In this document: piece after piece, positions 1 through 9,129 of the stretch
Layout: each line of letters opens with the position of its first letter
Position numbering within the stretch: position 1 is the stretch's first letter
NCBI GenBank assembly: GCA_036004505.1
Contig: DASYRK010000033.1
Coordinates: 52,184-116,183 of the forward strand
Length of the DNA stretch: 64,000 nucleotides
From: Steroidobacteraceae bacterium
GTDB lineage: Bacteria; Pseudomonadota; Gammaproteobacteria; Steroidobacterales; Steroidobacteraceae
Direction: 5' to 3'
Program-made: the position numbers and the translations under genes
The notes under the pieces: generated by a model
Seen by the model: the letters and a program-made list of their open reading frames with translations, nothing else
Databases searched by the model: none
What the model was told of the DNA's origin: nothing

Positions 1-1
1 C

Positions 2-3000
2 GGCGCGCGCCAGCACAATCTCAAAGGCATCGATGCCGCGATTCCCCTGAACCGGCTCGTCTGCATCACTGGCGTGTCCGGATCCGGCAAATCGACGCTC
101 GTACAGGACGTGCTGTATCCGGCGCTGCGCAAACGGTTCGGCAAGCCGACCGAAACGCCCGGCGCGCACCAGAGCATCGAAGGTGCGGAAGCGCTCGGCG
201 CGGTCGTCATGGTCGACCAGGCGCCGATCGGCCGCACCACGCGCTCGAATCCCGCGAGCTACGTGGGCGCGTTCGACGCCATCCGCAAGCTGTACGCGGC
301 CGAGCCGCTCGCGAAGGAGCGCGGCTACACGCTCGGCAGTTTCAGCTTCAACTCCGGCAACGGCCGCTGCCCGAGCTGCGGCGGCAACGGCTTCGAGCAC
401 GTCGAGATGCAGTTCCTCTCGGACGTGTATCTGCGTTGCGCCGACTGCAACGGGCGGCGCTATCGCGCGGAGATTCTCGAGATCACTTTGAATCGCGGCG
501 GCGCGCCCGGGCGCAGCGTCGCGGACGTGCTCGACATGACGGTCGCCGCAGCCGTCGAGTTCTTTGCCGGCGAGCGCGAAGTACTCGCGCGGTTGCGGCC
601 GCTGATCGAAGTCGGTCTCGACTATCTCAAGCTCGGCCAGCCGGTGCCGACGCTGTCCGGCGGCGAGGCGCAGCGCCTGAAGCTCGCTGGACATCTCGGG
701 GAGGCGCAGGAGCGCCCGCGCGACGAGAGCCGTGCGCCGGGCACGCTCTTCTTGTTCGATGAGCCGACGACAGGCCTGCACTTCGACGACATCGCGAAAC
801 TCCTGCGCGCGTTCCGGCGCCTGCTCGAGGCGGGCCATTCGCTGCTGGTGATCGAGCACCACCTCGACGTCATCGCCGCGGCCGACTGGCTGATCGATCT
901 GGGGCCGGAGGGCGGCGACGCGGGCGGAGAGATCGTCTGCGAAGGCACGCCGCGTGAAGTGATGAAGATCGCGCGGTCGCACACAGGGAAGGCGCTGCGG
1001 GAAGCGGATGGCGGATGGAAATGGGGACATTCCTCATTTCAGGTGGATGGACCCGGCGAACACGCGGCCGGCGAAATGAGGAATGTCCCCATTTCGGCCA
1101 TCGCCATTCACGGGGCGCGCGAGCACAACCTGAAGAACATCGACGTCGAGTTGCCGCGCAACTGCCTGACGGTCGTGACGGGCGTCTCGGGCTCGGGCAA
1201 GTCGACGCTCGCGTTCGACATCGTGTTCGGCGAGGGGCAGCGCCGCTACCTCGAATCGCTCAACGCTTATGCGCGCCAGTTCGTGCAGCCCGCGTCGCGT
1301 CCCGACGTGGATGCGATCTTCGGCATCCCGCCGACGGTCGCGATCGAGCAGCGCACCAGTCGCGGCGGCCGCAAGAGCACGGTCGCGACGCTGACTGAGA
1401 TCTATCACTTCCTGCGCCTGCTCTACGTGAAGCTCGGCACGCAGTTCTGCCCCGACTGCGAGGTGGCGATCGAGCCGCAGAGCTTCGAGTCCATCGCAGC
1501 GCGCGTGCTCAAGGACTACCGCGGCAAGAAGATCGAAGTGCTGGCGCCGCTCGTCGTAGCGCGCAAGGGTTACTACACGGACCTGGCCGCGTGGGCTTTG
1601 AAGAAAGGCTATTCGCATCTGCGCGTCGACGGCGCGCTGCTGCCGACGGACAACTGGCCGCGGCTGTCGCGCTTTCACGAGCACACGATCGAGTTGCCGA
1701 TCGCGACCGTCGCAGTTGCGGCGCGCGCGGAGAGCGAGTTGCGCCCCGCTCTGACCTCGGCGCTCGACTTCGGCAAGGGCGTCGTGCACGTGATCAAGGA
1801 CGGTCGAACCGCGATCTTCTCCACGCGTCGCGCCTGTCCGTCGTGCGCGCGCAGCTTCGCCGAGCTCGATCCGCGCCTGTTCTCGTTCAACTCCAAGCAC
1901 GGCTGGTGCGAAGAGTGTTACGGCACAGGCCTGAAGTTGCGCGGCTTCGACGCGGAGCAAACGGGCGAAGAGTGGTGGTGGAGCGAGGGCGCGGACGCGG
2001 ACAAGGTCTGCGCGGGCTGCGAGGGCCAGCGGCTCAATGAAGTCGCGCGCAACGTGCGCTTGCGCAAGCTGTCGATCGCCACACTGACTGCGCAATCCGT
2101 TGCCAGCATGCGCGAGATGTTCGCGGCGCTGAAGCTGCAAGGCCGCGACAGCGCCATCGCACGCGACGTGCTCGCCGAGATCAACTCGCGCCTCGCGTTC
2201 CTCGAAGAGGTCGGGCTCGGGTATCTCGCGCTCGATCGCTCCGCACCGACGTTGTCGGGCGGCGAAGCGCAGCGCATCCGGCTCGCCGCGCAGCTGGGCT
2301 CGAATCTGCAGGGCGTGTGCTACATCCTCGACGAGCCGACCATCGGTCTGCATCCGCGCGACAACCGCATTCTGCTCGACACCCTCGCGCGACTCGCAGC
2401 GAAGGGCAATTCGCTGCTCGTGGTCGAGCACGACGAGGAGACGATCCGGCGCGCCGATCACGTGATCGATCTCGGGCCGGGCGCGGGCACGCGCGGCGGC
2501 CAGGTCGTCGCGGCGGGAACTGCGAGCGAGCTGCAACGCTCGTCGCAATCGGTCACCGGGCGCCTGCTCGCGCACCCGCTGCGCCATCCGCTTGCGCAGC
2601 GGCGCGCCGTCAATGGCCGTGGGCCCGCGCTCAAGATCGCAGCGGCCTCGATGCACAACCTGCGGCGGCAGACGTTCCGCGTGCCGCTCGGCCGGCTCGT
2701 GGTCGTCACCGGCGTTTCAGGATCGGGGAAGTCGACGCTCGCGCGCGATGTCCTGCACGACAATCTGCGCGCCGTGCTCGGCCGCCGCCGCGGCGCGAAA
2801 GTCCGCTGGCAGGGCTGCCGCGAAATTCGCGGCTGGGAGCAGGTCGGCCGCGTGCTGGAAGTCGACCAGACGCCGATCGGCAAGACGCCGCGCTCGTGCC
2901 CGGCGACCTATGTCGGCTTCTGGGATGCGATCCGGCGCGTGTTCGCCGAGACGCCCGAAGCGCGCATGCGCGGCTACACGGCGTCGCGCTTCTCGTTCAA

Positions 3001-3670
3001 CACCGCGGGCGGGCGCTGCGACAGCTGCGACGGGCAGGGCATACGCCGCATCGAGATGAGCTTCCTGCCGGATGTGCGCGTGATCTGCGATACCTGCGGC
3101 GGCCGCCGCTTCAATCACGACACGCTCACCATTGAGTACAAGGGCAAGAACGCCGGCGACGTGCTGAGGATGAGCGTCGACGATGCGGTCGAGTTCTTCG
3201 CAGCGCATCCGCGCATTCATCACGCATTGCGGCTGCTGCAGGACGTCGGTCTCGGCTATCTCACGCTCGGGCAGCAGAGTCCGACGCTGTCCGGCGGCGA
3301 GGCCCAGCGCATCAAGCTCGTGACCGAGCTGTCGAAGGTGAGTTACACCAGTGCGCGCGCGAACGGCAACTCGCACGGTACTTTGTACGTTCTCGACGAG
3401 CCGACGGTCGGTCTGCACATGGCGGACGTCGAGAAACTGATCCGCGTGCTGCATCGGCTGGTCGATGCCGGCAACACCGTGGTCGTGATCGAGCACGATC
3501 TCGACGTGATCGCGGAAGCGGACTGGATCATCGATCTCGGGCCGGAAGGCGGCGAGGAGGGCGGACGCATCGTCGTGCAGGGAGCGCCGGACGACGTCGC
3601 GCGCGCCGCGCGCAGCTCGCACACCGGCCAGGTGCTGCGCACGTTTCTGCAGGAGCGCTCAGCTCGCTAG
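2..3670 (+). CDS. uvrA: Excinuclease ABC subunit A, double-length (tandem-fused) form; 5' truncated by window edge
   Basis: Frame is open back to base 2 ([21 protein letters not shown]). Three ABC cassettes are visible (GSGKS Walker A x3, LSGGEAQR signature x3, DEPT Walker B x3) with CxxC zinc fingers: the second cassette of one UvrA unit fused to a complete second unit. Confidence 0.93.
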   Translation, partial: GARQHNLKGIDAAIPLNRLVCITGVSGSGKSTLVQDVLYPALRKRFGKPTETPGAHQSIEGAEALGAVVMVDQAPIGRTTRSNPASYVGAFDAIRKLYAAEPLAKERGYTLGSFSFNSGNGRCPSCGGNGFEHVEMQFLSDVYLRCADCNGRRYRAEILEITLNRGGAPGRSVADVLDMTVAAAVEFFAGEREVLARLRPLIEVGLDYLKLGQPVPTLSGGEAQRLKLAGHLGEAQERPRDESRAPGTLFLFDEPTTGLHFDDIAKLLRAFRRLLEAGHSLLVIEHHLDVIAAADWLIDLGPEGGDAGGEIVCEGTPREVMKIARSHTGKALREADGGWKWGHSSFQVDGPGEHAAGEMRNVPISAIAIHGAREHNLKNIDVELPRNCLTVVTGVSGSGKSTLAFDIVFGEGQRRYLESLNAYARQFVQPASRPDVDAIFGIPPTVAIEQRTSRGGRKSTVATLTEIYHFLRLLYVKLGTQFCPDCEVAIEPQSFESIAARVLKDYRGKKIEVLAPLVVARKGYYTDLAAWALKKGYSHLRVDGALLPTDNWPRLSRFHEHTIELPIATVAVAARAESELRPALTSALDFGKGVVHVIKDGRTAIFSTRRACPSCARSFAELDPRLFSFNSKHGWCEECYGTGLKLRGFDAEQTGEEWWWSEGADADKVCAGCEGQRLNEVARNVRLRKLSIATLTAQSVASMREMFAALKLQGRDSAIARDVLAEINSRLAFLEEVGLGYLALDRSAPTLSGGEAQRIRLAAQLGSNLQGVCYILDEPTIGLHPRDNRILLDTLARLAAKGNSLLVVEHDEETIRRADHVIDLGPGAGTRGGQVVAAGTASELQRSSQSVTGRLLAHPLRHPLAQRRAVNGRGPALKIAAASMHNLRRQTFRVPLGRLVVVTGVSGSGKSTLARDVLHDNLRAVLGRRRGAKVRWQGCREIRGWEQVGRVLEVDQTPIGKTPRSCPATYVGFWDAIRRVFAETPEARMRGYTASRFSFNTAGGRCDSCDGQGIRRIEMSFLPDVRVICDTCGGRRFNHDTLTIEYKGKNAGDVLRMSVDDAVEFFAAHPRIHHALRLLQDVGLGYLTLGQQSPTLSGGEAQRIKLVTELSKVSYTSARANGNSHGTLYVLDEPTVGLHMADVEKLIRVLHRLVDAGNTVVVIEHDLDVIAEADWIIDLGPEGGEEGGRIVVQGAPDDVARAARSSHTGQVLRTFLQERSAR
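1018..1095. repeat. 78-bp element bounded by a perfect 23-bp inverted repeat (REP-doublet/MITE-like), in frame inside uvrA
   Basis: GAAATGGGGACATTCCTCATTTC (1018-1040) is the exact reverse complement of GAAATGAGGAATGTCCCCATTTC (1073-1095). Each arm is itself a near-palindrome. Length 78 = 26 codons. Confidence 0.85.
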
Positions 3671-4567
3671 CGCGCGCTCGAACGCGGGCACGTGGCCGCG
3701 CAGCCAGCGCTCGAACGGGCGGATCTCCGGATACAGCTCGCGCGACTTCGCGAGGTCGACGCGCCGGTTCGGAATGTACTGGCGGTTGAACTCGAACATG
3801 TTGGCGAGATCGCGCGCGCCGGGAAAATCGAGCGCGGCAAACGCGTCGTGCGCGACGTAGCGATACGCGAACGAGCGTCCGAGCACGCGATGCATGGTCT
3901 GCGCGTATTCGTCGCAGCGCAGATCGTCGCCGACGATGCCGACGACCTTGTCGCGATACCAGAACGACTCGGCGAAGATCGCGGCGACCACGCCGCCGAT
4001 ATCTTCGGCTGCGACGGCTGCGAGCGGTGTGGTGCCCTGAGGGAAGCCGAACACGAACGTGCCATTGGCCTGGCGCCGCGGCGGGAAGTGTTTGAGGAAG
4101 TTCTCGTAGTAGAACGCGACGTGCACGTACGTCGCGGCCAGATTCGCGCCGCGCGCGTACTCCTCGATGTGACCCTTGGTGTCGAAGTGAGGCACTTCGA
4201 GCCGGCCGCCGGAAAGCTGTTTCACGTGCGGCAGCGTGCTGATGACGGCGTGCTGTATACCGGTCGCGCGCAACGCGTCGACGAAGTTGCGTCCGTGGTC
4301 GTACTCGCGCTCGAAGTGCTCCCAGTAGTTCGTGACGCCGAACGCGCCGTCGCAGCCGCGCAGCGCGGCCCGCAGCGATGCCGGGTTGCTCAGATCGCCT
4401 TCGACCAGCTCCGCGCCGAGGCGCGCGAATTCCTGAGCGGCCGGCGACTCGGGATGGCGCGTCAGGCAGCGCACGCGATAACCGCCGGCACGCAGCAGGT
4501 GGCGCGCGACTGAGCCGCCCTGGGCGCCCGTGGCGCCGACGACGAGGATCTGCAGGAGAGTCGACAT
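3659..4567 (-). CDS. NmrA-family NAD(P)-binding protein (atypical SDR)
   Basis: ILVVGATGAQGGSVA Rossmann motif, VPHFDTKGHIEEY. Start reassigned to ATG at 4567, which has a GAGAGG SD upstream. Confidence 0.9.
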   Translation of the reverse strand: MSTLLQILVVGATGAQGGSVARHLLRAGGYRVRCLTRHPESPAAQEFARLGAELVEGDLSNPASLRAALRGCDGAFGVTNYWEHFEREYDHGRNFVDALRATGIQHAVISTLPHVKQLSGGRLEVPHFDTKGHIEEYARGANLAATYVHVAFYYENFLKHFPPRRQANGTFVFGFPQGTTPLAAVAAEDIGGVVAAIFAESFWYRDKVVGIVGDDLRCDEYAQTMHRVLGRSFAYRYVAHDAFAALDFPGARDLANMFEFNRQYIPNRRVDLAKSRELYPEIRPFERWLRGHVPAFERALAS

Positions 4568-4931
4568 GTTCGCTGGCCTCTCAGGATGACATCCCTTTCC
4601 GATCAGAGGCTTCCGTGGGAGACGCGCCGGCACGCGAAACGCGCGGCCCGGTCGGTCGCCCGATGCTTTACGACGAGCGCGGGGCCCGCGCCAGTCGTGG
4701 TTTGCGTAGCCTCTGAGCGGGATCTGGCAAAACCGGGCGCGCGTTTTCCGGCACGTACGGCCGGAGCAGCACGATCGGACGGCCCACCTGCGGAGAATCG
4801 TCCGCGCGGCCGCCGGCACGCTGGCGGTGCGGAAACGCACGGCAGGGACCGCGGCGCGCAGCAGCCCAGCCCGTTGCGGTGCGTTGAATCTGGGTACAGT
4901 GCAATTTCTCGTCAACGATCCGGGGTGGGGG

Positions 4932-5630
4932 ATGAAGAAGAAAATCATCGTATTGCTTGCCGCGTGCGCCGCTGCCTCGCAGACCGCCACCGCCAACGAA
5001 GTGGGGTTCTACATCGGCGGCTACGTCGGCCAGGCCAGGAAGGACGTGCCGCAGGCGCCGTACGCCGAGCTCACGGACGTCCTCCACGAGATCACCGCCT
5101 TCACGCCGCAGGAGGAGCGGACCTCCCTCGACGACCAGGACACAGCGTTCACGCTCCTGGGCGGCTATCGCTGGAATCGCTACCTGGCGTTCGAGGCCGG
5201 CTTCACCAAGCTCGGCAGCGTGACTTACACGTCGCGCGCGACTGGGACATACCCGTTCGACACCGGGTTTTTCAACACGACCATCGAGAGCCAGACGAGC
5301 GGGTTCACGTTCGCAGCGTTCGGCACGCTGCCGCTGACGCGCGACTGGGAGCTGTTTGCCGGGGCGGGCGCACTGGTTGCGACTAATCGGCTCAGGCTGT
5401 CGTTCCGGGCGGCAGGCACGGATTTCGTGCCGGCGATCGGCAACGGCGCTTCCGATTCCTTCTCGCAGAGCACGACCGACACATACGCCAGCCTCGGCGT
5501 CAGCCGGCGAATCCTCGAGATCTACGACCTGCGCCTGACGTATCTGCGCGTCTTCAGCGCTGGCGAGGAAGTCACCGGCGGCAAGGGCGATCTCGACGCT
5601 GCTTTCCTCGGTGTGACCGTCACTTTCTAA
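4932..5630 (+). CDS. Outer-membrane beta-barrel protein (OmpA-like transmembrane domain)
   Basis: Signal peptide MKKKIIVLLAACAAASQTATA, GFYIGGYVG, GGYRWNRYLAFEAGF, alternating beta pattern and terminal Phe (VTVTF). Confidence 0.8.
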   Translation: MKKKIIVLLAACAAASQTATANEVGFYIGGYVGQARKDVPQAPYAELTDVLHEITAFTPQEERTSLDDQDTAFTLLGGYRWNRYLAFEAGFTKLGSVTYTSRATGTYPFDTGFFNTTIESQTSGFTFAAFGTLPLTRDWELFAGAGALVATNRLRLSFRAAGTDFVPAIGNGASDSFSQSTTDTYASLGVSRRILEIYDLRLTYLRVFSAGEEVTGGKGDLDAAFLGVTVTF

Positions 5631-6131
5631 GGCCGGTTTGCGCAAACCCGCCGGTTCCGGACCGCACACCGCGCCCGATCGTGCGCGGGTGGCGCAGTTT
5701 CAGCTCTTTTTCGCGACGGGCCCGGCTTTTTGACATTGTCCACACCCCGCGAGCCGCAATTCGGCCAGAACAGCTCAATGGCGGTCCGAACATGCTCCCC
5801 GGGGGCGCCCTTCACACGGCCCTGTGCCTTGCCCGCAACAAAGGGGGCTGCCGTGTTGTGGGGTGTATACATGAAAGACCCACGCGGCGGTCCGAAGCCA
5901 GAGAAAAACGGGACTTTCCCATGATTTCCGCGCTTCGGGGCCCGTGCTGAATTAGCAACGAAGCTTTCAAACGGCTGGGAGCAGTTGTATGCTCGACACC
6001 ACGCTTAGGTCTAGGGGTGCGGGGAACTGAACACACCTGGGTCCAAGAAGGGGAGCGTTTGCAGTAGCTGCAGCAACAGCAACTGAAACAAACCGTCCGA
6101 AATCAAACACCTCTCGCAGGAGGAGCTATCA

Positions 6132-9062
6132 ATGTCGACGAGTAACTCTATTCGGCACGCGGTTCGATACGCGCTGCTAACGAGCGCTGCGGCCGCCGCC
6201 GCAGGGCCCGCATTTGCGGCAGATCAGACGATTCAGGAAGTCGTCGTTACCGGTTCGCGCATCGCGCAGCCGAATCTCGAGACCACCAGCCCGGTTACGC
6301 AAGTCACGGCGGATGACATTGCAGTGCAGGGCGTGACGAGAGTCGAAGACCTCGTCAATCAGCTGCCGCAGGCCTTCGCCGCTCAGAACGCCAACGTTTC
6401 GAACGGTTCGACGGGTACTGCGACAGTCAACCTGCGTGGCTTGGGCTCGCCTCGCACGCTGGTGCTGATCGATGGCCGTCGTATGCCGTATGGCGGCGTG
6501 ACGAACTCTGCAGCCGACCTGAACCAGATCCCGGCCGCAATGGTCGAGCGCGTTGAAGTGCTGACCGGCGGCGCGTCCGCTGCGTACGGTTCGGACGCGA
6601 TCGGCGGCGTCGTCAACTTCATCATGAAGAAGGACTTCGAGGGCGTGCAGTTCGATGCGATGTACGGCCTCTATCAGCACAACAACGATTACGGCGGCCC
6701 CGGCGCCACGAAGCTGCGCGATGTGATCGCGGGCCGCGCTGCCACGAACCCGGCGCAGTTCAAGCTGCCTGATGACAACGTGACCGACGGCGAAGCGCGC
6801 GAGTTCAACATCACGATGGGCGTGAGCACCGAAGACGGCCGCGGCAACATCACCGCGTACGCCGGCGTCCGTGACGACAAGCAAGTGCTGCAGAGAGACC
6901 GCGACTACTCCGCGTGCTCGCTGAGCGCGAACCCAACGGTGCAGTTTGCCTGCGGCGGTTCGGACACCTCGTACCCGGGCTACTTCTACGGCGGCGGCCA
7001 GGGCCTGACCGTCTCGGGCAGCGACTTCATTCCCTACGATCCGAACGCAAACCGCTACAACTTCGGCCCGGTGAATCATTACCAGCGGCCGGACCGGCGC
7101 TACACGCTGGGCGCGATGGGTCACTATGAGCTCGCCGAAGTCGCCGACGTCTACACGCAGTTGATGTTCGCGGACTACGAGTCAGTCGCCCAGATCGCTC
7201 CGGGCGGTGCCTTCTTCGACACCAACACCATCAATTGCGGCAACCCGTTGCTGTCCGCTCAGCAGGCGGCAACTATCGGTTGCGACGCCGCGGCGATTGC
7301 GGCAGACACGATCGTTCCCCTCTACATCGGTCGGCGCAACGTCGAGGGCGGTGGACGCCAATCGAGGTTCGAGAACACCTCGTTCCGCGCTCTGCTCGGC
7401 GTTCGCGGCCAGATCTCCGAGAACTGGGACTACGACGCCTCGGTACAGTACTCATCCGTCGTTGCGGACCAGTCGGCCAACAACTACTTCCACAAGACCC
7501 GCCTGGCGCGCGCACTGGACGTCGTGACCGATCCGAATACCGGCGCGCCGACGTGCCGCTCGGTCCTCGATGGCAGCGATCCGAACTGCGTCCCGTACAA
7601 CCTGTTCACGATTGGCGGCGTAACACCGGAGGCTTTGAACTACCTCCAGGTGCCCGGCCTGCAGCAGGGCAAGATCGAGCAGGAGATCTACTCTGCGTCG
7701 GTCACGGGTGATCTCGGTGCTTACGGCATCAAGCTCCCGACGGCCACAGAGAGCATCAAGGTGGCGTTCGGCGTCGAAAGCCGTCGCGACAGTCTGAAGA
7801 ACGTGACCGACGATCCGACGTCCCAGGACCTCCTGTCGGGTGCTGGCGGCGCGACGATCGGAATATCGGGTTCCACGGACGTCATTGATGTCTTCACCGA
7901 ACTTCGTGTTCCGCTGGTGCAGGACAAGCCGTTCGCCGATCAGCTGGGCCTGGAGCTCGCGTATCGCTACTCCGACTACGATCCGGTCACCACCGACACC
8001 TACAAGATCGGTGCGGACTGGGCGCCGGTGCAGGACGTGCGGTTCCGCGCCAGCTACCAGCGTGCGATTCGCGCGCCGAACGTCGTCGAGCTGTTCACCG
8101 CGCAGGGCTTCAACCTGTTCGATCTGCCGGGCGATCCCTGCGGTGTCGATCAGCCCACGGCTACTCGCGATGCCTGTATTGCGAGCGGCGTGCCGGCAGC
8201 GGTATTCGACGATCCGGCCCGTCGGGCGCGTCTGGACAGCCCTGCTGGCCAGTACAACTTCCTGCAGGGCGGCGACGTCAACCTGCAGCCCGAAACGTCG
8301 GATACGTACACGTACGGCGTGATCTTCCAGCCGCGGTTCCTGCCGCACCTGGCGATGTCGATCGACTACTTCGACATCTCCATCGAGGACACGATCTCCG
8401 TGGTCGGAGCCGACACCACCCTGCGTGCCTGCTACGACTTGGGGATCCAATCGTCCTGCGGCCTGGTTGTGCGCAATCCGGGTAACGGTTCGCTGTGGCA
8501 AGGCGATGGACACGTGATCGACCTGAACACCAACATCGGTTCGCTCTCGACGAAGGGTGTGGACCTGAGCCTGAGCTACACCGGCGTCGAGCTGGGCGGC
8601 ATGGGCGAGTTGAGCTTCAACCTGGTCGGTACGTATCTGGATGAGCTGACCTACATCTCGGGCATTCCGGGCGACGTCCCGACCGAGTGCAAGGGCAAGT
8701 ACTCCGGCGCCCTCTGCGGCATCCCGAACCCCGACTGGCGGCATCACTTCCGCATGGGTTGGGAGACGCCGTGGAACGTCGACCTGTCGCTCACCTGGCG
8801 CTACTACGCCGAGGTGTCGAACATCGTCCCGGCGACCGCTGCCAACATCGACTACAAGCTCGGTTCGCGGAACTACTTCGACCTCGCGGCGAACTGGGCT
8901 GTGACCGAGAAGGCGTCGGTGCTGTTGGGCATCAACAACATCCTCGACAAGGATCCGCCGATCACGTCGGCGACGGGTACTACGGGTAACGGCAACACGT
9001 TCCCGCAGACCTACGACGCGCTGGGCCGCTGGATCTTCCTGCGCGCTTCGGTCGGGTTCTGA
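6132..9062 (+). CDS. TonB-dependent receptor (Oar-like, cysteine-rich loops)
   Basis: Signal peptide, TonB box EVVVTGSRI, plug motifs (NLRGLG, LVLIDGRR, ERVEVLTGGASAAYGSDAIGGVVNFI), C-terminal GINNILDKDPP...FLRASVGF and a strong AGGAGG SD. Confidence 0.96.
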   Translation: MSTSNSIRHAVRYALLTSAAAAAAGPAFAADQTIQEVVVTGSRIAQPNLETTSPVTQVTADDIAVQGVTRVEDLVNQLPQAFAAQNANVSNGSTGTATVNLRGLGSPRTLVLIDGRRMPYGGVTNSAADLNQIPAAMVERVEVLTGGASAAYGSDAIGGVVNFIMKKDFEGVQFDAMYGLYQHNNDYGGPGATKLRDVIAGRAATNPAQFKLPDDNVTDGEAREFNITMGVSTEDGRGNITAYAGVRDDKQVLQRDRDYSACSLSANPTVQFACGGSDTSYPGYFYGGGQGLTVSGSDFIPYDPNANRYNFGPVNHYQRPDRRYTLGAMGHYELAEVADVYTQLMFADYESVAQIAPGGAFFDTNTINCGNPLLSAQQAATIGCDAAAIAADTIVPLYIGRRNVEGGGRQSRFENTSFRALLGVRGQISENWDYDASVQYSSVVADQSANNYFHKTRLARALDVVTDPNTGAPTCRSVLDGSDPNCVPYNLFTIGGVTPEALNYLQVPGLQQGKIEQEIYSASVTGDLGAYGIKLPTATESIKVAFGVESRRDSLKNVTDDPTSQDLLSGAGGATIGISGSTDVIDVFTELRVPLVQDKPFADQLGLELAYRYSDYDPVTTDTYKIGADWAPVQDVRFRASYQRAIRAPNVVELFTAQGFNLFDLPGDPCGVDQPTATRDACIASGVPAAVFDDPARRARLDSPAGQYNFLQGGDVNLQPETSDTYTYGVIFQPRFLPHLAMSIDYFDISIEDTISVVGADTTLRACYDLGIQSSCGLVVRNPGNGSLWQGDGHVIDLNTNIGSLSTKGVDLSLSYTGVELGGMGELSFNLVGTYLDELTYISGIPGDVPTECKGKYSGALCGIPNPDWRHHFRMGWETPWNVDLSLTWRYYAEVSNIVPATAANIDYKLGSRNYFDLAANWAVTEKASVLLGINNILDKDPPITSATGTTGNGNTFPQTYDALGRWIFLRASVGF

Positions 9063-9085
9063 TAAGGATCTGAGATTGGAAACTG

Positions 9086-9119
9086 GCGGCGGTCTCGAAA
9101 GGGACCGCCGCTTTTTTTT
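9086..9119 (+). terminator. Rho-independent terminator of the TonB-dependent receptor gene
   Basis: GCGGCGGTCTC-GAAA-GGGACCGCCGC hairpin followed by T8. Confidence 0.9.
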
Positions 9120-9129
9120 CGCAAGTTTT

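Noticed and set aside
1018-1095. CRISPR mini-array, or a frameshift splitting uvrA into two genes
   Set aside because: The repeats are inverted rather than direct and there are only two, no cas genes are present, and the reading frame is continuous.
4620-4716. Resemblance to ZTP (GACTGGCG) or c-di-GMP-I (GCAAACC...AAAGC) riboswitches
   Set aside because: Only short fragments match. The flanking conserved nucleotides and pseudoknot partners are missing.
5631-6131. Cobalamin or other known riboswitch ahead of the TonB receptor
   Set aside because: I could not find the B12-box or other aptamer consensus. The TTGACA at 5730 has no credible -10 at 16-18 bp.
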